64,000 nt of DNA from an uncultured Acidimicrobiales bacterium (GTDB lineage: Bacteria > Actinomycetota > Acidimicrobiia > Acidimicrobiales > SZUA-35), in the NCBI GenBank assembly GCA_963700755.1, contig CAVOYW010000002.1:46968-110967 (forward strand), read 5' to 3'. Shown here piece by piece: positions 28,809 to 37,259 of this stretch. The notes beneath the pieces are model-generated. The model ran no database searches. It was given only the letters and a program-made list of their open reading frames with translations, and was not told where the DNA came from. The translations under genes were made by a program, and so were the position numbers. Each line of letters opens with the position of its first letter. Position 1 is the stretch's first letter.

Positions 28809-29650
28809 TGGACGAGTTCCTCCGGCCATTCGAGTTCGAGTTCTTCCGCAATGGGCTGATGGTCGCCACACTGGCCGGGGCACTGTGCGGCCTGATCGGG
28901 GTCTTCGTCGTGCTCAAGGGCATGAGCTACATCGGGCACGGTCTGTCACACGCCATCTTCGGCGGGTTCGCGGCGAGTGCGCTCCTCGGGATCAATTTCG
29001 TGCTCGGGGCCGGTGTGTGGGGTGTGGCTTCGGCGTTGATGATCAACGGGGTGACCCGGCGGCGGGTGATCGGTGCCGATGCGGCCATCGGGGTGATCAC
29101 GACGGCCTCGTTCGCCCTCGGCCTCGCCCTGTTCGCGTTGTTCGGTCGGCAGGGGCGAAGTTTCGAGGCCGCACTGTTCGGGAGCATCCTGGGTGTCGGG
29201 TACGACGACGTCGCCGCCGTGGCGATCGTGACGGTGCTCGTTTCGCTCGTGGTGTTCTTCGGCTATCGCCAGCTGCTGTTCACCACCTTCGATCCCGATG
29301 TCGCCGAATCGGCCGGGATCCGCACCGCTCGGGTCGATGCCATGTTGATGGTGGTGCTGGCCGCATCGATCCTGGTGAGCATGCAGGTGCTCGGTGTCAC
29401 CCTCATCGCCGCGACCCTCACGATCCCGGCTGCGGTGGCCAGGATGATGACCAATTCGTTCTCCACGATGTTGGGGCTGGCCACCGCAATCGGCGCGTTC
29501 ACCGGGTTCCTCGGCATGAACCTGAGCTATCACCTCGACATCCAGTCCGGGCCGACGATCGTGCTGGTCGGGGCCCTGTTGTTCGCCGGCACGTTCGTGA
29601 TCTCGGGTTCCCGGAACCGCAGTCGGTTGGCCGGGATCGATCACCACTGA
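28808..29650 (+). CDS. Metal ABC transporter permease (ZnuB/ABC-3 family)
   Basis: The protein is polytopic and its start overlaps the ATPase stop by 1 nt. It shows ABC-3 type sequence (GLSHAIFGG and LIAATLTIPAA). Confidence 0.9.
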   Translation: MDEFLRPFEFEFFRNGLMVATLAGALCGLIGVFVVLKGMSYIGHGLSHAIFGGFAASALLGINFVLGAGVWGVASALMINGVTRRRVIGADAAIGVITTASFALGLALFALFGRQGRSFEAALFGSILGVGYDDVAAVAIVTVLVSLVVFFGYRQLLFTTFDPDVAESAGIRTARVDAMLMVVLAASILVSMQVLGVTLIAATLTIPAAVARMMTNSFSTMLGLATAIGAFTGFLGMNLSYHLDIQSGPTIVLVGALLFAGTFVISGSRNRSRLAGIDHH

Positions 29651-29731
29651 GCGTCTCCGCCAGACAACGGAGACGCCCGATCGGGGCCAAGGTCCCGCCG
29701 ATCGGGCCGATCGCCCGGGCACACTCGATCC

Positions 29732-31297
29732 GTGATCGATGTCCTGGCCGACGAACCGATGCTGCTGCTCGGCCTGGTGCTCGCGGTCGGCTCGATCATC
29801 GGGGTCATCGAGGTCCGAGGTGTGAGCATCGGTCCGGCCGGCGCGCTCTTTGCCGGTCTCGCAGCGTCGGCGATCGACGACCGACTCGTCATCCCGAACA
29901 TCGTGGGTGTCGTCGGGCTGGCGTTGTTCACGTACTGCATCGGCTTGTCGACCGGGCCCGAATTCGTCAAGAGCCTCCGTTCGAGCATGCTGACGATGGC
30001 GATGATGGCGGTGGTCCTGGCGGGTCTGGCGCCGCTGGCCGCGGTGCTCGGTGCCGCTGCCGGCCTGGCTGATCCGCAGGTCGCCGGCCTCTATGCCGGC
30101 GCGTTGACCAACACACCGGCCCTGGCCGGGGTGCAGTCGTTGCTCGACGGATCCGACCTGGGACTACCGGTGGTGGGGTATGCGCTCGCCTATCCGTTCG
30201 GTGTCCTGGGCATGATCGCCGCGGCGGCGGTCGCCGGTCGATCGGGTGACGTCGATGACCATGCCGCCGTCGGTCTCGACAACGTCTCGGTCTGTGTCGG
30301 CCAGGGACGACCCGCCACGGTCGGTGCCTTGCGTCAGGTGCTCGGCGATCGGATCGTGCTCGGGCGCCTCCAGCGAGAGGACCACGAGTGGATCCCGTCC
30401 GATCGAGACGAGCTGCGGGCCAACGACATCGTGTCGATCACCGGCAACCCCGATCAGATCGACGATGCCGTTGCGGTGATCGGCGGTCGGATGCCGGGTC
30501 GTCTGGCCGACGATCGCCGCCGCCTGGACTTCCGCCGGATCGTCGTCTCGAACGAGTCGGTGGCCGGAGCTCGGCTCGCGGATCTCGAGTTCCCACAGCG
30601 GTACGGCGCGATCATCACCAGGATCCGTCGTGGTCGACAGGATCTCCTGGCCCATCGCGACTCGCGTCTCGAACCGGGGGATCGGGTCCGGGTGGTCGCA
30701 CCGCCCGAGGCCATGGATGCCATCGCCGCCGAACTCGGAGACGACGAGCGCCGGGCGGCGGAGTTCTACCCGCGGGGATTCTCGGTCGGCCTCGTCCTGG
30801 GTTTGTTGGTCGGGATCGTGCCGATCCCGATACCCGGAGCGGGAACGATCACGCTGGGAGCCGCGGGCGGGCCGCTCCTGGTCGGTCTGCTGCTCGGGTG
30901 GCGGGAGCGAACCGGTCCCCTCGTGTGGCAGGTGCCCCACGGCGTGAGCACCACGCTCCGCCAGCTGGGGAGCCTGCTCTTCCTGGGCATGGCCGGCACC
31001 TCCGGGGGCGCTGCGCTCCGCAAGGCGCTCTCCGACGGTGATGCCATCGCTCTTCTGGCCATCGGAGCGGTCATCACGACGGCATCGGCGTTGGCCATGA
31101 TGGCGATCGCCCGGGCTCGGTCGCTCGGCCCGGCCTCGACCGCCGGACTGCTCGGTGGAGCACAGACCCAACCGGCCGTGCTGGCCTTCGCCGCCGGACG
31201 CACCGACGACCCGGCGCTCGAGATCAACTACGCCCTCGCCCTGCCCGCCGCCATGGTCGTCAAGATCATCGCCGCTCAGCTGATGGTCCTGCTCTGA
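29732..31297 (+). CDS. YidE/YbjL-like (AspT/YidE/YbjL antiporter duplication) transporter with two central RCK_C/TrkA-C domains
   Basis: Two hydrophobic halves flank two soluble repeats (...LGRLQREDHEWIPSDRDELRANDIVSITG... and ...GAIITRIRRGRQDLLAHRDSRLEPGDRVRVVAP). Confidence 0.8.
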   Translation: MIDVLADEPMLLLGLVLAVGSIIGVIEVRGVSIGPAGALFAGLAASAIDDRLVIPNIVGVVGLALFTYCIGLSTGPEFVKSLRSSMLTMAMMAVVLAGLAPLAAVLGAAAGLADPQVAGLYAGALTNTPALAGVQSLLDGSDLGLPVVGYALAYPFGVLGMIAAAAVAGRSGDVDDHAAVGLDNVSVCVGQGRPATVGALRQVLGDRIVLGRLQREDHEWIPSDRDELRANDIVSITGNPDQIDDAVAVIGGRMPGRLADDRRRLDFRRIVVSNESVAGARLADLEFPQRYGAIITRIRRGRQDLLAHRDSRLEPGDRVRVVAPPEAMDAIAAELGDDERRAAEFYPRGFSVGLVLGLLVGIVPIPIPGAGTITLGAAGGPLLVGLLLGWRERTGPLVWQVPHGVSTTLRQLGSLLFLGMAGTSGGAALRKALSDGDAIALLAIGAVITTASALAMMAIARARSLGPASTAGLLGGAQTQPAVLAFAAGRTDDPALEINYALALPAAMVVKIIAAQLMVLL

Positions 31298-31321
31298 GCC
31301 CTGGTTCTCTGAGCCCTGGTT
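31292..31321. repeat. 2 x 15 bp tandem duplication (CTCTGAGCCCTGGTT) spanning the stop codon of the transporter gene
   Basis: Read directly from the sequence. It is followed by a short inverted repeat, CTGCT-CCG-AGCAG, between convergent genes. Confidence 0.85.
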
Positions 31322-31356
31322 CTGCTCCGAGCAGTGCGCCGATGGGTCCGGAAGGG

Positions 31357-32385
31357 TCAGAGGTTGTAGACGCGGGTGGCGGTTCCCCGGAACATCTGGT
31401 CCTGCTCGTCCGCCGTGTAGCCGGCAGCCAGCTTCTTGGCCGCGTTCCAGAACGTGCGGTACGAGAGCGAGAACCGATCGACGGGGAAGTTCGACTCGAA
31501 CATGCACCGATCCGGACCGAAGCACTCGATGGTGTGGTGGTAGTAGCGCGCCTGTGCCTCGACCAGCTCGTCGGACGAGGCGGGGCGGTCTCGCAGGTGC
31601 CAGCCGAAACCGTTGTCGGGCATGGCCAGACCACCCAGCTTGGCGACGACGTTGGGGCACTCGGCGATGGCGGCGATGTCGTCCTTCCACGACTCGAAGA
31701 TCTCGTCGGCCCGGCCGGCGAAGCGACCCACACCGAGTGGGGTCCCGAAGTGGTCGAGGATCATCGTGGTGCCGGGCACCGCCGCTGCGAGTTCGGCGAA
31801 GTCGGCGTTCTGGTGGTGGTAGTGCCAGGTGTCGAAGGTGAACCCCCGTTCCCCGAGACGGGCAACCCCTTCGCGGTACGCCGGATCGGCGTAGAGCCCA
31901 GCCGGCGCCCGGCCGGGAATGGAGAGGGCTCCCGGATCGGGGTCGCTGGCCCCGGCGTGCCGGATGCCCTTGAACAATCCACCGCCGGCTTCCACGTGTG
32001 CGTCGAGCACGGTGTCGAGCGACGCTCCGAGGCGCAGATCCGCCCTGGCCACGATGCCGGCGATCGTCGCCTTGCTTGGCGCCTCGGCCGAGCGGCGGGC
32101 GTTGTCGGCGACGAACTCGGTCTCGCCGACGCAGCGCAGGAGGTCTGGGCCCTCGGTCCGGTATGCGGCTCCGCATTCGATGAACACGGTCTTGTCGATC
32201 CGGTGGCCGTCGCCGGTGTCGGCGTGGAGGTCGGCCAGTTCGTAGGGGAGCGAGCCGCCGGGAGGCCAGAGGTGATGGTGAGGATCGACGATCACCCGAT
32301 CGGGGTCGATCACGTCTTCGAGACCGGTGGCCAACCATGCGGGCGTCTGCGGATCGGGGCGGTTGGTCGCTGACATGGCGGTCAT
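31357..32385 (-). CDS. Amidohydrolase-2 (TIM-barrel metal-dependent hydrolase) family protein
   Basis: The motifs are VDPHHHLW, MILDHFG and FESNFPVD. ATG at 32385 lies 8 nt after GGAG. Confidence 0.85.
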   Translation of the reverse strand: MTAMSATNRPDPQTPAWLATGLEDVIDPDRVIVDPHHHLWPPGGSLPYELADLHADTGDGHRIDKTVFIECGAAYRTEGPDLLRCVGETEFVADNARRSAEAPSKATIAGIVARADLRLGASLDTVLDAHVEAGGGLFKGIRHAGASDPDPGALSIPGRAPAGLYADPAYREGVARLGERGFTFDTWHYHHQNADFAELAAAVPGTTMILDHFGTPLGVGRFAGRADEIFESWKDDIAAIAECPNVVAKLGGLAMPDNGFGWHLRDRPASSDELVEAQARYYHHTIECFGPDRCMFESNFPVDRFSLSYRTFWNAAKKLAAGYTADEQDQMFRGTATRVYNL

Positions 32386-32467
32386 CGTCGTCGCTCCGGC
32401 GCAGCCACGCAATTGCGGCGCTCGGGTGGTGGCCGGTGGCGGGTGTTCTCGAGTGGTGGGTGCGACG

Positions 32468-33241
32468 TCAGTCGGCGAGATCGAGCGAGCGGCGCCGGAG
32501 GCGTTGCATCCCGCCGATCCAGCGGTCGACGTCGTCGCCCTTGCGCCGCACGTATTCGGCGACCTCGGGATGGGGCAGGATGTGGAACCGCTCGGCGGCC
32601 AGCCCTTCGACCACGGTCTCGGCCAACTGGTCGGCCTCGATGATGCCGTCGGTCTGTCCGTCGCCGAGGCCCCGCGGGGCCATGGCCGTGTTGACCCCCT
32701 GGGGGCAGAGCACCGAGACCTTGATGCCGTCGTCGCCGTGGGTGATCGCCAGGAACTCGGCCAGTTTGACCGCAGCGGCCTTGGTCACCGAGTAGGGACC
32801 CGAGCCGAGGGCGGCGAGGAGTCCGGCGGCGGATGCCGTGTTGAGCAGGTAGCCCTCGCCCCGGGCGATCATCGACGGCAACACGGCTCGGGCCGCATAG
32901 AGGTGGGACATCACGTGCAGTTCCCACTGCTGCTGCCAGACCTCGTTGGCGGCGTCGGTCAGCACCCCGGTTGCTCCGGCGCCGGCGTTGGAGCAGAAGA
33001 GATCGATCGGGCCGTGCCGTTCCATGGTCCACTCGACGAGATCGATGATCTGTTGCTCGTCGGTGACATCGCAGGCCCGGCCGTCACAGCCGAGTTTGGC
33101 GGCGGCTGCCATGACGGCCTCCTCGCTCAGGTCGGCGAGGACGATCGCCCGGGCCCCCCGATCGAGGAAGGCCTTGGCCATCGCCCGCCCGATACCCCCA
33201 CTTCCGCCGGTGATGACCACGACCTTGTCCTGGAGTTCCAT
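32468..33241 (-). CDS. SDR-family oxidoreductase
   Basis: The motifs are VVVITGGSGGIGRAMA, CSNAG and YSVTKAA. Confidence 0.9.
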   Translation of the reverse strand: MELQDKVVVITGGSGGIGRAMAKAFLDRGARAIVLADLSEEAVMAAAAKLGCDGRACDVTDEQQIIDLVEWTMERHGPIDLFCSNAGAGATGVLTDAANEVWQQQWELHVMSHLYAARAVLPSMIARGEGYLLNTASAAGLLAALGSGPYSVTKAAAVKLAEFLAITHGDDGIKVSVLCPQGVNTAMAPRGLGDGQTDGIIEADQLAETVVEGLAAERFHILPHPEVAEYVRRKGDDVDRWIGGMQRLRRRSLDLAD

Positions 33242-33567
33242 GGCCGCCGACCCTAATGGGACCCGACCGGCGTTGCCGAGTCCGTGTTGCCGGTACCGGG
33301 CCTGGGCCGGTTGGACCGGTCAGTCACACCGAACCGAGGAGCCGGCGTCCGATCCCGAACAACTGCGGGGCCTGCGTTCGCCGCACCGTTCGGAGGCCCC
33401 GCAGAATTCCGGAAGACGACGCTCGCCCCACGGTCGGGTGGTGGGGTAGTTGGGTGGTGGAGTGGTCGGAGGGTCGGAGGGTCGGGTGGCGACGGGGTCG
33501 GTCGGACCGGGCTGAGGTCCGACACCGGGGGTCGTGCGAAGATGTCCCGAGACGAAAGGGGAGCGAG

Positions 33568-34419
33568 GTGCTCACGAGACGCGGTGGTTACCTGCGGTGG
33601 GTGGCGGATGATTCGGTGCCGGCAGCGAGCCGGCAACTGCAGAACGAGGGATGGGTCCTGCTCCGGTCCGTACTGGACCACGACGAGGTCGCTGCGCTCG
33701 CCCGGTCGGTCGACGAGGTCTTCCGCACCCTGCCCGGCGATCGGAGGCGCCCCGACGCCGAGCCGGCGTTGGTCGACCAGTTCCGCTACGAGATGCTCAA
33801 TCGTTCGTCCGAGGCGCAGCAGGTCCTGGGGAACCGGCGCATCCTCGACGTGATCGAGCCGCTGTTGGGCGAGGACTGCCATGTCATCGCCAACACGGCG
33901 TGGCGCAATCCGCCGAACATCGAACACACCCACGGCGGAGGGTTCTGGCACATCGACGCCGGTCCCCACGTCCCCCTGCCCCCCGGCGTGGACTGGGACG
34001 AGGCGATTCCGCATCCGGTCTTCGCCGTCGCCGCTCACGTGCTCCTCCAGGACTGCCCGATCGAGTGCGGCCCCACCGGTGTGATCCCCCGGTCGCACCT
34101 CTCGGGTGAGCCCCCGCCGGCCGACCGGCGTGCGGATCCGTCTCTGCGCTGGCGGGACCGCGAATCGGTCGTCCTCGAGGCGGCGGCCGGCGACGTGCAG
34201 CTGTTCGTGTCCGATGTCTGGCATCGACGCATGCCGACCGGACCCGGTGACGCCGGACGCTTCTTCCTGCAGATCCACTACGGGCGGCGCGACATCGCGC
34301 AACGTCTCCGGACCACCGAGGAGTCGAACCAACTGTCGCCGGCGGCAATCGACCGAGCAGGCGACGATCGAGGGCGAACGCTGATCGGGCTCCATTCACC
34401 GTTCTTCTACGACGGCTGA
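33568..34419 (+). CDS. Phytanoyl-CoA dioxygenase (PhyH) family Fe(II)/2-oxoglutarate oxygenase
   Basis: GTG at 33568 follows AAAGGGGAG. FWHIDAG is the HxD motif, and GPTGVIPRSH and DVWHRR are also present. Confidence 0.8.
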   Translation: MLTRRGGYLRWVADDSVPAASRQLQNEGWVLLRSVLDHDEVAALARSVDEVFRTLPGDRRRPDAEPALVDQFRYEMLNRSSEAQQVLGNRRILDVIEPLLGEDCHVIANTAWRNPPNIEHTHGGGFWHIDAGPHVPLPPGVDWDEAIPHPVFAVAAHVLLQDCPIECGPTGVIPRSHLSGEPPPADRRADPSLRWRDRESVVLEAAAGDVQLFVSDVWHRRMPTGPGDAGRFFLQIHYGRRDIAQRLRTTEESNQLSPAAIDRAGDDRGRTLIGLHSPFFYDG

Positions 34420-34483
34420 GGGCCGATCCGTCGCCGACCCGGGCGATTGTCGACCATCACGGTCCTGACCTAGCGTTTCGGCC

Positions 34484-35281
34484 ATGGAACCCGTTCGTTA
34501 CGTCGACCTGTTGAACCAGCGCTACCGCCAGCAGGGATTCCCGCCCTACGAGTGGACGGTCAACGAACCGACCGGGCTCACCCCGCTCACCAAGCCGCTG
34601 GCCGAATGCCGGGTGTCGATGCTCACATCGGGCGGCGTCGCGCACTGCACGATGCCCACCTGGGACGCCACAGCCCGCAACGACTTCCGCCTCGACACCG
34701 TCGATCCGGCGGCGGCCGGCGCCGACTTCACGGTCAGCGACAGCTACTACGACACCGCCGACGCCGAGACCGACGTCAACACCGTGTTCCCGATCGACCG
34801 CCTCCGTGAACTCGAAGCCGACGGGACCATCGGTTCGGTGGCGCCCCGACTGTGGAGCGGTTTCATGGGACGGATCTACAAACGAACACACGTCACCGAC
34901 GTGGCGGCCCCGGCCCTGGCCGCCGAACTCCACGCCGACGAGGTCGACCTCGTCCTGCTGGTGCCCGCCTGACCTCTCGACCACCAGACAGTTGGTCTGG
35001 TCGCACGAGTGATCGAAGCCTCGGGTATCCCCACGGTGCTGGTCTCGACCGGCCGGGACCTCACCGAACTGGTCTGTCCACCCCGTTCGCTGTTCGTGAA
35101 CTTCCCGATGGGCAACCCGTTCGGCCCGCCGCACCAGCCCGACGTCCAGCGGGGAATCCTGCGCACGGCGCTCGAGCTGGCCGGCACCGACCTGGTCCCC
35201 GGCCAGATCGTCGACCTGCCCGATCAATGGCCCAGCGACTTCACCGACAAGGTGACCAAATCGCTCCTGGCCATGAGCTGA
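34484..35281 (+). CDS. GrdB/PrdB-family (glycine/sarcosine/betaine/D-proline reductase component B-like) protein with in-frame TGA at 34970-34972; candidate selenoprotein (265 codons)
   Basis: ORFs 34484..34972 and 35009..35281 share one frame. The junction reads LVLLVPA-TGA-PLDHQTVGLVARVIEASGIPTV. The N-terminal segment PLTKPLAECRVSMLTSGGV is typical of the family. Confidence 0.7.
34983..35001 (+). promoter_or_regulatory. Candidate bacterial SECIS stem-loop for the UGA at 34970
   Basis: The structure is A-CCAGAC / AGUUG / GUCUGG-U, a 7-bp stem. The loop G and U lie at +22 and +23 from the U of UGA. Confidence 0.5.
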
Positions 35282-35377
35282 GTCGTCTGTGGCGCGGTGC
35301 TGAGCTGTCGGGGTGCGCTGGCGCGCTGAGTCGTCGAGGCTGCGACACCGACCGGGGCGGCCGGGAGCCGACGCCGA

Positions 35378-36205
35378 TCAGCGGCCGTGGAAGGTCGGCT
35401 GGCGCTTCTCGGCGAAGGCCTTCGACGCCTCGAGATGGTCCTGGGTGCGAGCGGTGTGGCGGTGGTGGGTCGACTCGAGGTCGAGGGTTTCGCGGAGCTC
35501 GCCGGTGACCGACCGGTTGATGTTCTCCTTCATGTAGCGGTAGGCGATCGTCGGTCCGTTGGCGAGGCGCTCGGCGATCGAGCGCCAGGTGGTCTCGAGT
35601 TCGTCGGCCGGGACCACGGTGTTGACCAGGCCGAGCGACAACGCGGTGTCCATGTCGATGCGGTCCGACAGGTAGTAGAGCTCCTTGGCCTTGGCCGGGC
35701 CGACCAGTTGGGTCAGGAACCAGGTCCCGCCGTAGTCACCGGCCAACCCGACCTTGGCGAAAGCCGTGGTCATGACGGCGGTGTCGAGCGCAATCCGGAG
35801 GTCGCAGGCGAGGGCGAGCGAGAGCCCGGCACCGGCGGCCGCACCCGGGAGCACGGCCATGGTCGGTTTCGGCATCTCGAAGAGGGCTCCGGCGGTCGCT
35901 CGATGGCTCAGGCGCTGTTCGTGCACGCCCGCATCCCACGACGACGATCCGGCCGAGGCGCCTCCCCCTTCGGCGAAGCCCTTGACGTCACCGCCGGCAC
36001 AGAACGCTCCTCCGGCACCGGTGAGCACGACACAGCGGGCATCCTCGGCGGTTTCGATCTCGGCCAAGGCCCGACCGAGGCCCGACAGCATGGCGCCGGT
36101 CACGGCGTTGCGGCGCTCGGGGCGGTCGAAGGTGATCAGGGCGATGCCGTCGTCGTCGATCTCGGCTCGGAGGTTGTCGGTTCCGGTGTCGATGGTGCGG
36201 GCCAT
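35378..36205 (-). CDS. Enoyl-CoA hydratase/isomerase family
   Basis: ATG at 36205 follows GAGGAG. The motifs are ITFDRPERRNAV, VLTGAGGAFCAGGDV and PGAAAGAGLSLALACDLR. Confidence 0.9.
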   Translation of the reverse strand: MARTIDTGTDNLRAEIDDDGIALITFDRPERRNAVTGAMLSGLGRALAEIETAEDARCVVLTGAGGAFCAGGDVKGFAEGGGASAGSSSWDAGVHEQRLSHRATAGALFEMPKPTMAVLPGAAAGAGLSLALACDLRIALDTAVMTTAFAKVGLAGDYGGTWFLTQLVGPAKAKELYYLSDRIDMDTALSLGLVNTVVPADELETTWRSIAERLANGPTIAYRYMKENINRSVTGELRETLDLESTHHRHTARTQDHLEASKAFAEKRQPTFHGR

Positions 36206-36334
36206 GGTCGTACTCCTCGGGGCGTGCCGTCGTTCCGACGGCGTCGGGCTCGATGGCAGCCTGCTGGTCGAGGTGGCTTCGGTCAAGCCGACACCGGTCG
36301 GCCGCTTCGTTTCGCCGAGCCCGGTGTTCGGACC

Positions 36335-37141
36335 TCAGCCGGGCCCGGGTCCGTCGCCGTCCCAGAGGATCGGGAAGAGCGGGTGGTCCATCTCGACCCC
36401 GGCGGCGAGTTCGGACTCGAGGCCGGGGAACGGGGGCGAGGTCGTCCAGGGTCGGGGTGCGTGGACCATGTCGTCGCCGAGCAGGCGGACCGACAGCACC
36501 CGGCGGCGGTTCGGGCCCGCCACCCCTCCGGCGCCGTGGACGGTCGCCATGTCGAAGAACACCGCGTCGCCCGGTTCGAGCGCCCATCCGATGACCGGCC
36601 ACCGTTCGGGATCGGCGGCGAAGTCGGGCAGCTCGGCCAGGCTGCCCTCGGGGAACCACTTCGCCTGATCGTCGAGGAAGGTGCGGGGCAGGTACCAGGG
36701 GCCACGGTGGCTGCCGGCGATGAATTCGAGCGTGGCCGACCGGTCGACCGGATCGACCGGGAACCACATGCTGGCGTTCTGGCGCCCGTCGACGTTGTAG
36801 TAGGGCTGGTCCTGGTGCCACGGCGTGCGCTGCCTCGTCCCGGGCTCCTTCACCAGCACGTGGTCGTGATAGAGCCGGATGCGACGCGACCCGGTGAGTT
36901 CGGCGGCGATCCGGGCCGCGGGTGAGTGACGGATGAACCGCTCCATCGACGGCAGACGCGTCCAGTTGCAGAAGTCCTCGATGAACGGGGCGTCGTCGTC
37001 GGCGCTGGCCCGCTTGGCCCGAGGTGACAGATCGGCCAGGTTGGCGTCGATGGCCGCGGCGGCCCACTCGACGTGCTCGGCGCTGAAGGCCTGCCGCACG
37101 CAGACCGCCCCGTCGCGTTCGTAGTCGCCTTCGACGATCAT
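36335..37141 (-). CDS. Phytanoyl-CoA dioxygenase (PhyH) family oxygenase
   Basis: The motifs are TPWHQDQPY (HxD), FIAGSH and VHGAGG. Confidence 0.85.
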   Translation of the reverse strand: MIVEGDYERDGAVCVRQAFSAEHVEWAAAAIDANLADLSPRAKRASADDDAPFIEDFCNWTRLPSMERFIRHSPAARIAAELTGSRRIRLYHDHVLVKEPGTRQRTPWHQDQPYYNVDGRQNASMWFPVDPVDRSATLEFIAGSHRGPWYLPRTFLDDQAKWFPEGSLAELPDFAADPERWPVIGWALEPGDAVFFDMATVHGAGGVAGPNRRRVLSVRLLGDDMVHAPRPWTTSPPFPGLESELAAGVEMDHPLFPILWDGDGPGPG

Positions 37142-37259
37142 GTTGGTCGCTCGTCGGCCGCCTTCAGCACCGGATCAGTCTGCCACGTCGGCGTTCCCGG
37201 GCACGGCCGAGTCGGGCCCGGTAGGGTCGGTTTCATCGGCGAGCGAGGGGAAGACGCAC

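Noticed and set aside
30164-32338. A 724-aa minus-strand ORF
   Set aside because: The translation is Arg/Pro/Gly-rich nonsense. It spans the YidE-like transporter (plus strand) and is out of frame with the real amidohydrolase gene at 31357..32385.
35277-35335. GCTGAGTCGTC occurs twice, 48 bp apart, downstream of the GrdB-like gene
   Set aside because: It is short, occurs only twice and forms no convincing secondary structure or terminator. It may be chance in GC-rich DNA.
36286-36337. The TGA stop of the PhyH gene (36335-36337) is in frame with the downstream crotonase ORF with no intervening stop, so a possible fourth read-through or Sec site
   Set aside because: The PhyH protein ends naturally (..ILWDGDGPGPG). 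No Cys-column homology is present. The intervening peptide is low-complexity. The crotonase has its own GAGGAG RBS and ATG at 36205. The shared frame looks coincidental.
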